Shown here one piece after another: positions 21,144-32,130 of a stretch of 64,000 nt of DNA. The DNA is from Nitrospirales bacterium (lineage in GTDB: Bacteria > Nitrospirota > Nitrospiria > Nitrospirales > UBA8639): the NCBI GenBank assembly GCA_963555755.3, contig OY820905.2:64001-128000 (forward strand). The letters are read 5' to 3'. The notes beneath the pieces were generated by a model that did no database searches, had not been told where the DNA came from, and saw nothing but the letters and a program-made list of their open reading frames with translations. The translations under genes and the position numbers were made by a program. Numbering within the stretch: the stretch's first letter is position 1; each line of letters starts with the position of its first letter.

Positions 21144-21414
21144 AAATCTCTTATGCTCTAACACCGGTGGACCCTGTAAGAAAATTAATCGTTCGTTAAA
21201 ATTGACGCATGAGGGGCTAGGCATTAGCGACCAGGATTTTAATATTGTCGTCAATCATTTGGCCGATACACTCAATGAGTTCAAAGTTCCTGCGCGAGAG
21301 CAACAAGAGCTTATGACCAAGATAGGCAAACTCCGAGCCTATATTGTTGAACGAAAGGAATAAAAACCATTCTATTGATTCCTTGTCAGTGAAAGATAAA
21401 AGGGGGCTAGGGAA

Positions 21415-22951
21415 CAGGGCCACCTCATGAAGATTTTTTATTAATCACTAAATCCAGAGTCTGATCATCCCACCCACACATTTTTCTGAGTCGTTTTATG
21501 GACTGCCTGTTGGTTTTGGCCAGCTGTAATAAATTCAGCGCCACATGTCGGATGATGGCCATGGCATACGGGGCATTGCCCTTTCGAATCCGCGAATAGT
21601 CTTCATGAAACGACATGTCGAGCACCCAGTGGAGCGTGTTCTCGATCGCCCAATGACTTCTCACGCTGTGCAGCACGTTCTCCGGCGAATCCGCGAGTGA
21701 AGAGATATAATACCGGACATCGTTGGTCGTTTTTTTTGATTCTCTCACCGAGTGGATTTTGATCATACTGCGGATCGAGGCCCATTGGGGATGTCGGTGG
21801 TGTAACCATTCGACGTCAGTACCAACCCAGCATTCTCTGGTTTCGAGCCGTCCATGCCCCTTGTCATAATCCACATGGCTGGCGAGAGGCTGGGGCAGCT
21901 CGTGGTCAGCAAAATACGCCATGACATCTTCCGCTAAATGGCTTTGGTTGCCTTTGAGGGAAAAAATATACTCCCCGCCTTTTTGCAAAATTTGCTTGGC
22001 AATCTTCACCTGGCAGCCCATGGCATCGATGGTAATAATATGGCCGTGCACATCGAGCCACTTCAGCATGAGAGGGATCGCGGTAATTTCATTACTCTTG
22101 TGGGATACTTTTTCTTGCCCTAGAACAATGCGGGCTTCGGTCGCAACGGCACTCAGGACATGGAGCATTTTTGTCTCGTCGTCAAAGCTGTGCCGTAAGC
22201 TTTTGCCGTCAATGGCAATCACTTTCACGTCGGCTTTCTTGGCGAGGCCATCCACCCATTTCCGAAAGAGGCGTTCAAATTCTTCTGGGTCGATATGCCG
22301 GTAAAACCTCCGAACGGTATCATCGCTGGGGGTACCATTGGCATACTCAAGATATTGGCGCAAATAGGGGAGTTTGAGTGTGCCAAAATCCTCGACATCT
22401 TGCCAGCCTTCCGCGCCGCAGATGCAGGCGCACAGGCTCAGCAGCAAGATTTCTTCGACACGATACAGCTGATTCCGTTGAGATCGTGGATCGGTTAATG
22501 CCGCAAACTCATCGACGAAACTGGGTTCTGCTTCGAGGGGGGCCATGCCGTCTTTATACACGCTTTTGCCTTGTGGAACCGGCCCTTTTCTTTTCCGCCC
22601 CGTGGGAATAAGCCCCTCGGCCTCCGTAATCACCCCAATTTGGCCTAACGTGATTTTCTGGGGCCAGGGTTTCTCTTTGATCCGTTTGGACGTAATGGCA
22701 TAGAGATAATACTTGCCCCGGATGTTGCGGAGTTCTGTATTTTTGGTCTTATGTTTGAGGGCCCAGTCGGGATGTGCCATGGGTTTTCAGGAGGCGTAGA
22801 CGTATGACGTGCTTATAGTATATACCACGTAATACAAAAACACCACAAAAAAACATCACCTTCATGTCAGCAGGCAATGTTTCTCTGGTTGGCGGTGGCT
22901 TTCCAATACCACGTGATGCCTATGTTCTTTTTATTTCATGAGGTGGCCCTG
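21415..22951 (-). mobile_element. ISAs1-family element inserted in a terminator hairpin
   Basis: 17-bp TIR CAGGGCCACCTCATGAA, 10-bp DR GGCTAGGGAA. Confidence 0.92.
21425..22780 (-). CDS. ISAs1 transposase with N-terminal extension
   Basis: IAIDGK, KSNEI, IDAMG, KGNQ, HGRLETR and HWAIEN motifs. Confidence 0.93.
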   Translation of the reverse strand: MAHPDWALKHKTKNTELRNIRGKYYLYAITSKRIKEKPWPQKITLGQIGVITEAEGLIPTGRKRKGPVPQGKSVYKDGMAPLEAEPSFVDEFAALTDPRSQRNQLYRVEEILLLSLCACICGAEGWQDVEDFGTLKLPYLRQYLEYANGTPSDDTVRRFYRHIDPEEFERLFRKWVDGLAKKADVKVIAIDGKSLRHSFDDETKMLHVLSAVATEARIVLGQEKVSHKSNEITAIPLMLKWLDVHGHIITIDAMGCQVKIAKQILQKGGEYIFSLKGNQSHLAEDVMAYFADHELPQPLASHVDYDKGHGRLETRECWVGTDVEWLHHRHPQWASIRSMIKIHSVRESKKTTNDVRYYISSLADSPENVLHSVRSHWAIENTLHWVLDMSFHEDYSRIRKGNAPYAMAIIRHVALNLLQLAKTNRQSIKRLRKMCGWDDQTLDLVINKKSS

Positions 22952-22979
22952 GGCTAGGGAATTTCCCAACCCTTTTTTC

Positions 22980-23772
22980 GGTATTGTCAACTTAACGATC
23001 GATGGGCAAATTGAGCCAGCTAAGCCGAGCTGCTTATGCGCACACCGCTTCCTTCCAGACCTGAAAGGCCTGGGTGCGCAACAGTCGATAGTTGACCGCC
23101 TGCATGAGGTGGCGGCCGAGACGAAAGAGATTCTGGGTGAGTCCGTGTAACGTCAAAAACCGTTGAGCTTGAGTTGCTGAAGAAAACCCTCGCATATGAT
23201 ATTCTTGTTGCCGCGTGGGTTGGTGTGACACTTCAACTCGGTTATTCGCGTAGACCGCATTGATATGCTCGACGGTCGGCATGACGGCCCGGTGTGCGGC
23301 GCCGTAGCTTTTGAGTTTGTCGGTTATCATCCAGCGCGGCTCACCGCCTTGGCCTTTCAGTAAGCGGCGGAAGAAGCGCCCGGCCGCGTGTTTATTGCGT
23401 CGGCGTTGCACCAAAATATCAATGGTATCCCCGTCTTGATCCACGGCTCGCCAGAGATACTGCTGTTCGCCTTGGATGGACACAAACACTTCATCCAGAT
23501 GCCACGTATCACCAAGACGACCTTGTCGCTTCTTCAATTTCCGCGCATAGGCTGGCCCAAATTTCTGGCACCATTGCCGTATGGTCTCATACGTGACGGT
23601 GATGCCCCGTTCGGCGAGCAGTTCTTCCACTTCACGGAAGCTGAGGCAGAACCGATGGTACAGCCAAACCGAGTGACTGATAATTTCGGAAGGAAAACGG
23701 TGACGTTGGTAGCTGGGTGGTTTGTTTTTCATGCCACCCAGTCTGTCAACTGCAACTTAAATTGACAATACC
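22980..23772 (-). mobile_element. IS6-family element (no flanking DR)
   Basis: TIR GGTATTGTCAA(C/T)TTAA. Confidence 0.9.
23034..23732 (-). CDS. IS6 family transposase
   Basis: HRFPSEII, WHLDE, YLWRAVD, ITDK and NNRVE motifs. Confidence 0.93.
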   Translation of the reverse strand: MKNKPPSYQRHRFPSEIISHSVWLYHRFCLSFREVEELLAERGITVTYETIRQWCQKFGPAYARKLKKRQGRLGDTWHLDEVFVSIQGEQQYLWRAVDQDGDTIDILVQRRRNKHAAGRFFRRLLKGQGGEPRWMITDKLKSYGAAHRAVMPTVEHINAVYANNRVEVSHQPTRQQEYHMRGFSSATQAQRFLTLHGLTQNLFRLGRHLMQAVNYRLLRTQAFQVWKEAVCA

Positions 23773-23845
23773 GTTAGATGGCAAGAAGGGAACAATCGGA
23801 ATGAGTCAACAAATGGTTGGCCTAAACTTTTGTCATTATGTTTGC

Positions 23846-24385
23846 TCAAACGAATAATTTGCCCATCCGGGCGACCATTTCGTACGCACGATCCAAATCA
23901 AATTCAGAAAAATCCCTTTCTCGCAATACAGGTTTCAAGCGGGAGTCCAGTTGTCGCCTTAAATGCGTTAAACGGTCTACTCCTATATCGATCGGCTCAT
24001 TGCCGGGTACGGTGAGCTTATATTTTACCAACGTGATTAATTCTTCGTCCTCTGGTTTCAACCCGTGTTTCCTGGCGAGATAATCAAGATCGTAGAAATC
24101 ACGAATCGCAGCTTCCCTCCTTGTTAAGGCTGCTCGAAACTTCTCAGCAGTGGCTTCAGGCTTGGATATTGAATTCACTTCCACAGGGTTGACTCCTGGG
24201 ATACCCGATACTGGATCGAGTAGGATCGTTCGCGCTTTGCCAAGCATAGGTGCGGTCAGTAATGGCTCGCGAAGGCTAATTTCGATACGGATGTTATTCA
24301 TTTGGTTATCAAGCAATGAAATATAGCCGACACTGCCACAATACTGTGTCGAATTATTCGCGCCCTCTAATGGTTCTACAATCTG
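23846..24385 (-). pseudogene. 3' half of abiEii, duplicate of 30456-30995, truncated at a 148-bp element
   Basis: Sequence identity with the intact gene up to ATCTG, then the element begins. Confidence 0.92.
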
Positions 24386-24533
24386 TAAAGGGGTCAAATC
24401 TTTGGTTGATAGTTTCGGAAGATTGGAGACTTTGCATCTATAGCCTACTTGTTGGCAATACGCTTTCTCCTACACTCCTTATGGGGTTGGACTAGGAATA
24501 GAGTATTAGTCAACCAAAGATTTGACCCCTATT
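24386..24533. repeat. 148-bp inverted-repeat element, copy 1
   Basis: 21-bp perfect IR AGGGGTCAAATCTTTGGTTGA. Confidence 0.95.
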
Positions 24534-24952
24534 CTGCCACTGCGGCGAGCGAAACCGTACAAGGCACTCTTGCGGTGAAGGCCGCTAAAGCAGCTGGCGT
24601 GCAACACCTTATTTGGTCAACCCTTCCTAACTGTAAAGAAATTTCCAATGGCAAGTACGAGGTCATACATTTTACCGGCAAGGCTCGTGTAGATGCCGAA
24701 GTGATAGCCGCAGGTTTTCCGTACAGCACATTCGTTGAGGCGCCGATGTATTTCCAAAACTTTCTTGGGATGATGGCTCCGCAGCCTCTTGGAGACGGAC
24801 GAATAGGGTGGACCATTGCGATGAGTCCGGATTCCAAAAGTGTGCACGTTGGTGATCCCACCGAACTTGGCAGACTGGTTGCGCGGGCATTGGAGCAGCC
24901 AGAGATCTTTGGGCAGGGCCAATATCTGGCACAAGCCTCGGAAACAACGAGA
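24534..24952 (+). pseudogene. Internal fragment of an NmrA-family gene
   Basis: AAKAAGVQHLIWSTL..HFTGKARV..MYFQNF; lacks both ends. Confidence 0.85.
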
Positions 24953-25100
24953 TAAAGGGGTCAAATCTTTGGTTGATAGTTTCGGAAGATTGGAGACTTT
25001 GCATCTATAGCCTACTTGTTGGCAATACGCTTTCTCCTACACTCCTTATGGGGTTGGACTAGGAATAGAGTATTAGTCAACCAAAGATTTGACCCCTATT
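24953..25100. repeat. 148-bp inverted-repeat element, copy 2
   Basis: Identical to copy 1. Confidence 0.95.
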
Positions 25101-25416
25101 GAAGCATTATTGTTGTTTCATGGTTATTACGGCATTTAGCTAAATATAAACCATCATCTCTTAACTGAACAGACACAACTCCACCACCATTTTTTGCTTT
25201 ATGGCATTTTAAGCAGGAGAAATTTAGCTTCATTGTTCTAGTTTCTATTGCTGTTAACCGCAAGTGATTTGGCAGAGTTTTGGGATAACATGATAATTTT
25301 GAGGAATGTAATTATTGGTCTCAAAGGCTTTACCCCATGGCAGTAGTTTATTCTAGCAGTTCAAAAACACAGTACTTACTTACCTTATTTATCCTGCAAA
25401 AGAGGATGTATGAAGC

Positions 25417-27320
25417 CAGGGCTATTTCATATTAAAGTGTAACTTTATAGATAATAAGGAATAATCGATTTAGGCTGGCTTTTTCTTTTCGTTTACGGCA
25501 TACTCTTTTGCATGCCAGACGAATCGCCAAGCGGACAGCCGGACATTGATCTGAGGCAAGTCGTGGTTCGCCCAATTGTCCGAGACGAAAAGGACGCCTT
25601 CAAGACCCTTCTCGACAGACACCACTACCTCGGTCATGCCCCGCTGATTGGCCAATCGATACAATATCTCGCCTGTGTGCAGGATCGCTGGCTGGCCTTG
25701 CTGGTGTTTGCGGCGGCGGCCCTCAAATCGAGACCGCGAGACCACTGGATCGGCTGGCCCCCCTGTTTTCAATGGCAACGACTCCATTTACTGGCCAACA
25801 ACACCCGGTTTCTCATGCTGCCGGGCTGTTCGCAAAAGAACCTCGCCTCGAAAGTCCTGTCGCTCTGCGCGAAACGGATCTCGTCCGATTGGCAACTGTA
25901 CCACGGCTACCCCTTGCTCCTCTTAGAGACCTTCGTCGATCCTGCCCGCTTCACCGGGACCTGCTATCGGGCCGCCGGGTGGCACGAGCTCGGTCTGACA
26001 CGAGGGTTTCGCAAGTCGAACACGTGTTATGTTCAGCATGAGAGACCGAAGCGCATCCTAGTCGTGCGGCTGCATCCCCAAGCCCGAGAGATCCTTGCAC
26101 GCCCGATGCTTGATCAGCCCTATCAGAAAGGAGAAGCGCCTCAGATGAGATTGAATACAAAACAGACGGACTCCCTCTTTACGTATGTGGTGCAGCTGAC
26201 CGATCCCCGCCATTTGCAAGGGCAACGGCACACCCGACGCGCCCTCACGGCGATCATGTTCTGTGCCACCTTGTGCGGCGCGCGCGGCTATGAAGCGATC
26301 TCGGACTGGGCCCAGCAGTTATCGCAGCCGATGCGCAAGCGGCTAGGCTGTACTCAGCGAGGGGGGCGCTACCTCGTCCCGAGCCGCAGCACTCTTTACC
26401 GCTTTATCACGGCCGTCGACCCCTGTGAAGTCGATACCCTGCTCGGCCGGTGGCTGGACACCTTCGGCGGGGAGGATCAGGGCATTGCCATTGATGGGAA
26501 GACCATGCGGGGGACGTCGAAGGTCCCAAGCGAACAGCCCCACGTCCTCAGCGCCGTCACCCATCAAGCCGGGCGCCACCTCACCCAAAAAAAGTTCACT
26601 CCAAGACCAATGAGATCCCCTGCGTGCGGCCCCTGTTAGATGCGCTCGAGATCGCAGGGAAGGTGATCACGGCGGATGCGCTCCTCACCCAGAAAGAGAT
26701 TGCCGAGTACCTGGTGCACGAACGCGGCGCCGACTTCGTCTTCACCGTCAAGGGAAACCAGCCCACCTTGAAGCACGACATTGAGGCCTTAGCGTTGCGA
26801 GCACGCCGGTGCGATTATGCCACCACCGAGAAAGGCCATGGGCAGATCACGACCCGCAGGATCTGGTGCGATGACTCCCTGAATGCCTATGTCAACTTTC
26901 CTCATGTCCAGCAAGTCTTCTGCATTGAGAGGGAAGTGACGCATCTCAAGCAGGGCCTCACGACCGTCGAAGCGGTCTGCGGTGTCACGAGTCAGTCCAA
27001 AGACAAGGCGGGGCCGAAGACCATCCTCTCGCAAAACCGAAAGCATTGGAGTGTGGAGAATAAGCAGCATTATGTGTTGGACGTCACCTTTGATGAAGAC
27101 AGGAGTCAGATACGAAGTCTCAATGGCCCAATGGTCATGACCTGTCTGAGACGCTATGCCATCAGTCTCTTACGCCTGAAAGGCTACACCAATATCGCGC
27201 AGGCGTGTAGACTGCTCTGGGGCAAGCCCCATTTAGCCATCCGCATGGCCCTGCCCTGAAAAAGAGGGCACAAAAAACCTCATGGAATCCCTTGCTTATA
27301 AAAAGAATGAAATGGCCCTG
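25417..27320 (+). mobile_element. ISAs1-family element with DUF4338 domain, copy 1 of a tandem dimer
   Basis: TIR CAGGGC(T/C)ATTTCAT, 10-bp DR TGTATGAAGC. Confidence 0.92.
25512..27259 (+). CDS. DUF4338 (DruA-like)-ISAs1 transposase, split by a probable -1 frameshift at A AAA AAG (~26587-26594)
   Basis: HHYLG, NNTRFL, NLASKVL, LLETFVD and GTCYRAAGW, then DPR and IAIDGK; the -1 frame restores KTNEIP, TADAL, KGNQ and HWSVEN. Confidence 0.85.
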
Positions 27321-27330
27321 TGTATGAAGC

Positions 27331-29234
27331 CAGGGCTATTTCATATTAAAGTGTAACTTTATAGATAATAAGGAATAATCGATTTAGGCTGGCTTTTTCT
27401 TTTCGTTTACGGCATACTCTTTTGCATGCCAGACGAATCGCCAAGCGGACAGCCGGACATTGATCTGAGGCAAGTCGTGGTTCGCCCAATTGTCCGAGAC
27501 GAAAAGGACGCCTTCAAGACCCTTCTCGACAGACACCACTACCTCGGTCATGCCCCGCTGATTGGCCAATCGATACAATATCTCGCCTGTGTGCAGGATC
27601 GCTGGCTGGCCTTGCTGGTGTTTGCGGCGGCGGCCCTCAAATCGAGACCGCGAGACCACTGGATCGGCTGGCCCCCCTGTTTTCAATGGCAACGACTCCA
27701 TTTACTGGCCAACAACACCCGGTTTCTCATGCTGCCGGGCTGTTCGCAAAAGAACCTCGCCTCGAAAGTCCTGTCGCTCTGCGCGAAACGGATCTCGTCC
27801 GATTGGCAACTGTACCACGGCTACCCCTTGCTCCTCTTAGAGACCTTCGTCGATCCTGCCCGCTTCACCGGGACCTGCTATCGGGCCGCCGGGTGGCACG
27901 AGCTCGGTCTGACACGAGGGTTTCGCAAGTCGAACACGTGTTATGTTCAGCATGAGAGACCGAAGCGCATCCTAGTCGTGCGGCTGCATCCCCAAGCCCG
28001 AGAGATCCTTGCACGCCCGATGCTTGATCAGCCCTATCAGAAAGGAGAAGCGCCTCAGATGAGATTGAATACAAAACAGACGGACTCCCTCTTTACGTAT
28101 GTGGTGCAGCTGACCGATCCCCGCCATTTGCAAGGGCAACGGCACACCCGACGCGCCCTCACGGCGATCATGTTCTGTGCCACCTTGTGCGGCGCGCGCG
28201 GCTATGAAGCGATCTCGGACTGGGCCCAGCAGTTATCGCAGCCGATGCGCAAGCGGCTAGGCTGTACTCAGCGAGGGGGGCGCTACCTCGTCCCGAGCCG
28301 CAGCACTCTTTACCGCTTTATCACGGCCGTCGACCCCTGTGAAGTCGATACCCTGCTCGGCCGGTGGCTGGACACCTTCGGCGGGGAGGATCAGGGCATT
28401 GCCATTGATGGGAAGACCATGCGGGGGACGTCGAAGGTCCCAAGCGAACAGACCCACGTCCTCAGCGCCGTCACCCATCAAGCCGGGCGCCACCTCACCC
28501 AAAAAAAGTTCACTCCAAGACCAATGAGATCCCCTGCGTGCGGCCCCTGTTAGATGCGCTCGAGATCGCAGGGAAGGTGATCACGGCGGATGCGCTCCTC
28601 ACCCAGAAAGAGATTGCCGAGTACCTGGTGCACGAACGCGGCGCCGACTTCGTCTTCACCGTCAAGGGAAACCAGCCCACCTTGAAGCACGACATTGAGG
28701 CCTTAGCGTTGCGAGCACGCCGGTGCGATTATGCCACCACCGAGAAAGGCCATGGGCAGATCACGACCCGCAGGATCTGGTGCGATGACTCCCTGAATGC
28801 CTATGTCAACTTTCCTCATGTCCAGCAAGTCTTCTGCATTGAGAGGGAAGTGACGCATCTCAAGCAGGGCCTCACGACCGTCGAAGCGGTCTGCGGTGTC
28901 ACGAGTCAGTCCAAAGACAAGGCGGGGCCGAAGACCATCCTCTCGCAAAACCGAAAGCATTGGAGTGTGGAGAATAAGCAGCATTATGTGTTGGACGTCA
29001 CCTTTGATGAAGACAGGAGTCAGATACGAAGTCTCAATGGCCCAATGGTCATGACCTGTCTGAGACGCTATGCCATCAGTCTCTTACGCCTGAAAGGCTA
29101 CACCAATATCGCGCAGGCGTGTAGACTGCTCTGGGGCAAGCCCCATTTAGCCATCCGCATGGCCCTGCCCTGAAAAAGAGGGCACAAAAAACCTCATGGA
29201 ATCCCTTGCTTATAAAAAGAATGAAATGGCCCTG
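27331..29234 (+). mobile_element. ISAs1-family element with DUF4338 domain, copy 2
   Basis: 1904-bp copy with one substitution noticed; DR repeated at 27321 and 29235. Confidence 0.92.
27426..29173 (+). CDS. DUF4338-ISAs1 transposase copy 2 (-1 frameshift)
   Basis: As copy 1. Confidence 0.85.
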
Positions 29235-29425
29235 TGTATGAAGCAGTGGGACTTGAATGGTCCAGCGTATTTTAGGTAGGTTAAAATGTTTTCTGATTTT
29301 TTAAAAAAAGCGAAAACCCCTAGCAGCTATCTTTCCCTAGTACGCTGCCGTATTGTAAAAAAATCCTACGAAGGAATCATCAAAAGATTGACTCCTTACC
29401 AGACTGGACATTGGGGAGACGATAA

Positions 29426-30002
29426 CTATTCCTTTCGCCATCGGGCTATGACGTCTTCGAAGGTAACATCCCGCCACGGCTTTTGCCATTCTTTGTGGAA
29501 TTTAACACTCTGTGAGTTTGGCCCTGGTTTAGGCAAAGACATTTGCAGCACTGCCGGAAGAAGAACAGCATCACCTACCACAACACATTCGCCTGGGGCC
29601 AAATTTGGCAAGATATCAGTTATTGCATTCGAATTATCAGGAAAGAGCCGTCGAACATAATTTTGATCGGAATTGTTTGTCAGTCGTAAAGCTACAAAAT
29701 TGTTGCACTGTGCGAAGATTGCTTCAGACACTTCTGACGGTCTTTGGCTAACCACCATTAAGCTTAGTCCATACTTCCGCCCCTCTTTCGCAATTCGCTC
29801 CAATGACTTGCGGGAAGACCTATATGCTGCATTGTCATTTTGAGGAACATAGTTATGTGCTTCTTCGCAGACGATCATTACAGGAATATCATTTAAAGAA
29901 TCTTCTGTATGGCGAAGTTTTGAATAGTGGAAACAGAAGTCGAAAATTAATCGAGAGACCAAACTAACTGTTATGCTCAACACCTCAAATGGAATTCCGC
30001 TA
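29426..30002 (-). pseudogene. C-terminal fragment of a HerA/DUF87-type ATPase
   Basis: Walker B IVCEEAH, IAKEGRKYG and SQRPSE; no Walker A; cut at a 148-bp element. Confidence 0.85.
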
Positions 30003-30150
30003 TAAAGGGGTCAAATCTTTGGTTGATAGTTTCGGAAGATTGGAGACTTTGCATCTATAGCCTACTTGTTGGCAATACGCTTTCTCCTACACTCTTTATG
30101 GGGTTGGACTAGGAATAGAGTATTAGTCAACCAAAGATTTGACCCCTATT
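30003..30150. repeat. 148-bp inverted-repeat element, copy 3
   Basis: One substitution versus copy 1. Confidence 0.95.
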
Positions 30151-30298
30151 TGAGCATGTGAAAATATGCGAAGGCCCGACGTGCACCCTATGGTTCAATG
30201 ACGTCAGCAAGAATCACACGCGACGGTGGTGCAGCATGGCGGTGTGCGGCAACCGAGCCAAAGCCGCAGCACACCGAGCAAAAAACCGGTCAGCGTGA
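30151..30298 (+). pseudogene. 3' fragment of a CGNR zinc-finger gene
   Basis: EHVKICEGPTCTLWFNDVSKNHTRRWCSMAVCGNRAK. Confidence 0.8.
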
Positions 30299-30455
30299 TT
30301 TGTCTAAAGGATCAGAGGCATTGGACGAAGCCACTCGCCTGGGTGTATTCACGTAGCGAAGCGGAGGATAGCGTCTTCGATATGTTAGATGGAAAGCAGG
30401 GAACAATCGGAATGAGTCAACGAAAGGTTGCTTAAATTCTTGTCATTATGTTTGC

Positions 30456-31352
30456 TCAAACGAATAATTTGCCCATCCGGGCGACCATTTCGTACGCACG
30501 ATCCAAATCAAATTCAGAAAAATCCCTTTCTCGCAATACAGGTTTCAAGCGGGAGTCCAGTTGTCGCCTTAAATGCGTTAAACGGTCTACTCCTATATCG
30601 ATCGGCTCATTGCCGGGTACGGTGAGCTTATATTTTACCAACGTGATTAATTCTTCGTCCTCTGGTTTCAACCCGTGTTTCCTGGCGAGATAATCAAGAT
30701 CGTAGAAATCACGAATCGCAGCTTCCCTCCTTGTTAAGGCTGCTCGAAACTTCTCAGCAGTGGCTTCAGGCTTGGATATTGAATTCACTTCCACAGGGTT
30801 GACTCCTGGGATACCCGATACTGGATCGAGTAGGATCGTTCGCGCTTTGCCAAGCATAGGTGCGGTCAGTAATGGCTCGCGAAGGCTAATTTCGATACGG
30901 ATGTTATTCATTTGGTTATCAAGCAATGAAATATAGCCGACACTGCCACAATACTGTGTCGAATTATTCGCGCCCTCTAATGGTTCTACAATCTGAAAAC
31001 AGCTGAGCCTGTGTGGTAATGCCTGGAAAGCTTCCTTCAGTTCAGTCACTTGCTCTCTTCGCTCTGATCGTGACGAATCAACGGCCATGGGAATGGCAAA
31101 ATCTAGGTCCTCACTCATTCGATAAAAGTCAGCATGCACCTTGGCCAGGCACGTACCTCCCTTAAAAACCAATTGTCTTTCTGCTTGTGATGTCAGATCC
31201 TCCAGTAGGACACTACAAAAGTAGTCTTTTTCGATGAGCCGAGCCGAAAATGCTGTCTCTGCGACAGTCAGATTGACAGCCTCCCGAAATAAATCCGGGT
31301 CCTCATGAAACGTGATCACACGTACCTCATACCATTTCGTTGACGACGACAC
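30456..31352 (-). CDS. AbiEii/AbiGii-type nucleotidyltransferase toxin
   Basis: IEKDY, FKGGT..RMSEDLDF, EK and RDFYD motifs; true start may be ~30 nt downstream. Confidence 0.9.
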   Translation of the reverse strand: MSSSTKWYEVRVITFHEDPDLFREAVNLTVAETAFSARLIEKDYFCSVLLEDLTSQAERQLVFKGGTCLAKVHADFYRMSEDLDFAIPMAVDSSRSERREQVTELKEAFQALPHRLSCFQIVEPLEGANNSTQYCGSVGYISLLDNQMNNIRIEISLREPLLTAPMLGKARTILLDPVSGIPGVNPVEVNSISKPEATAEKFRAALTRREAAIRDFYDLDYLARKHGLKPEDEELITLVKYKLTVPGNEPIDIGVDRLTHLRRQLDSRLKPVLRERDFSEFDLDRAYEMVARMGKLFV

Positions 31353-32127
31353 ACCAATAGCGGTTAACCTTACCTCGTTTTGGAAAACCTGGGATCCATG
31401 GGATAAAACTGGTTGATGGCTCCAATTCCCGAGCCAATTTTCGAAGGAGCAATGGTTTTACGCCTTCTCGTTCCAAGAGCACACCCATGCGCCGAATTGT
31501 TCCTTTATCTCCATATTGCAGAGTGACATTCACCAACTCGGACGCACGGACACGCTTCGCTGATAACTCTTTGCGAATCCACTCATACCCGCGCGGCAAG
31601 CTGTTGAACCGGGACCAGTCATACACAGCGTCCACCAGCGTCCGCACTCGCGAAGAATACACCGCCTTTATGTTCTCCCCCGTCTCAACTTCCTCAATAC
31701 AGCCAAGCCGCTGATCGGCGACCTTGATTAATGTAAGCGCCACAGAGCCGACCCTTCGTTCGCCTGAAACACAGTTGTTATAAGCATAAATGCGGTTAGG
31801 CACTTGTTCGTCGAATCCGTAACGGTTGAATGCATTCGGCCCACAAATCTGAAAACGCCCCCCGCGGTCCTTGATCAAGGTATCTAGCGCGAGAACTTCA
31901 CTGGGACTCCATTTTCCTCCCAACGGTAATCGTGGCGGCACAAGGTATAATCCGCGCCGCACTCGAGCGATCATTCCGACTCGAGCCAATCTGGAAAGAA
32001 GTTCCCGTTCTTGCTTTGTCGAAAGACGCAAGGGTTTGGTCAGTTCGCCAATGCGCAGTGTGCGCAAATTGCGCATTTGAACGTAAGCGAGTAGTTGTCT
32101 TTCGTACTGACCTAAACGTGTCTTCAT
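31327..32127 (-). CDS. AbiEi-type antitoxin / transcriptional regulator
   Basis: wHTH-like N-terminus RVRRGLYL, YGFDEQVP and RTLVD motifs; coupled to abiEii. Confidence 0.85.
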   Translation of the reverse strand: MKTRLGQYERQLLAYVQMRNLRTLRIGELTKPLRLSTKQERELLSRLARVGMIARVRRGLYLVPPRLPLGGKWSPSEVLALDTLIKDRGGRFQICGPNAFNRYGFDEQVPNRIYAYNNCVSGERRVGSVALTLIKVADQRLGCIEEVETGENIKAVYSSRVRTLVDAVYDWSRFNSLPRGYEWIRKELSAKRVRASELVNVTLQYGDKGTIRRMGVLLEREGVKPLLLRKLARELEPSTSFIPWIPGFPKRGKVNRYWCVVVNEMV

Positions 32128-32130
32128 GAC

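Larger units (their letters stand above)
19849..21363 (+). pseudogene. Second group 1 truncated haemoglobin, interrupted by IS1595
   Basis: TLYERLGG...KNKNL before the IS; LCSNTGGPCK...THEGLGI...VERKE* resumes after it. Confidence 0.9.

Noticed and set aside
23846..24397. Second functional AbiEii toxin
   Set aside because: It lacks the N-terminal GGT/DLD catalytic motifs, and its start is supplied by the repeat
24449..24955. ORF-track 168-aa protein (and 32756-33061) as a real gene
   Set aside because: The shared N-terminus is just the translated 148-bp element
25512..29173. Druantia defence system
   Set aside because: The DUF4338 domain lies inside IS ends fused to a transposase; there is no DruE helicase or other dru gene
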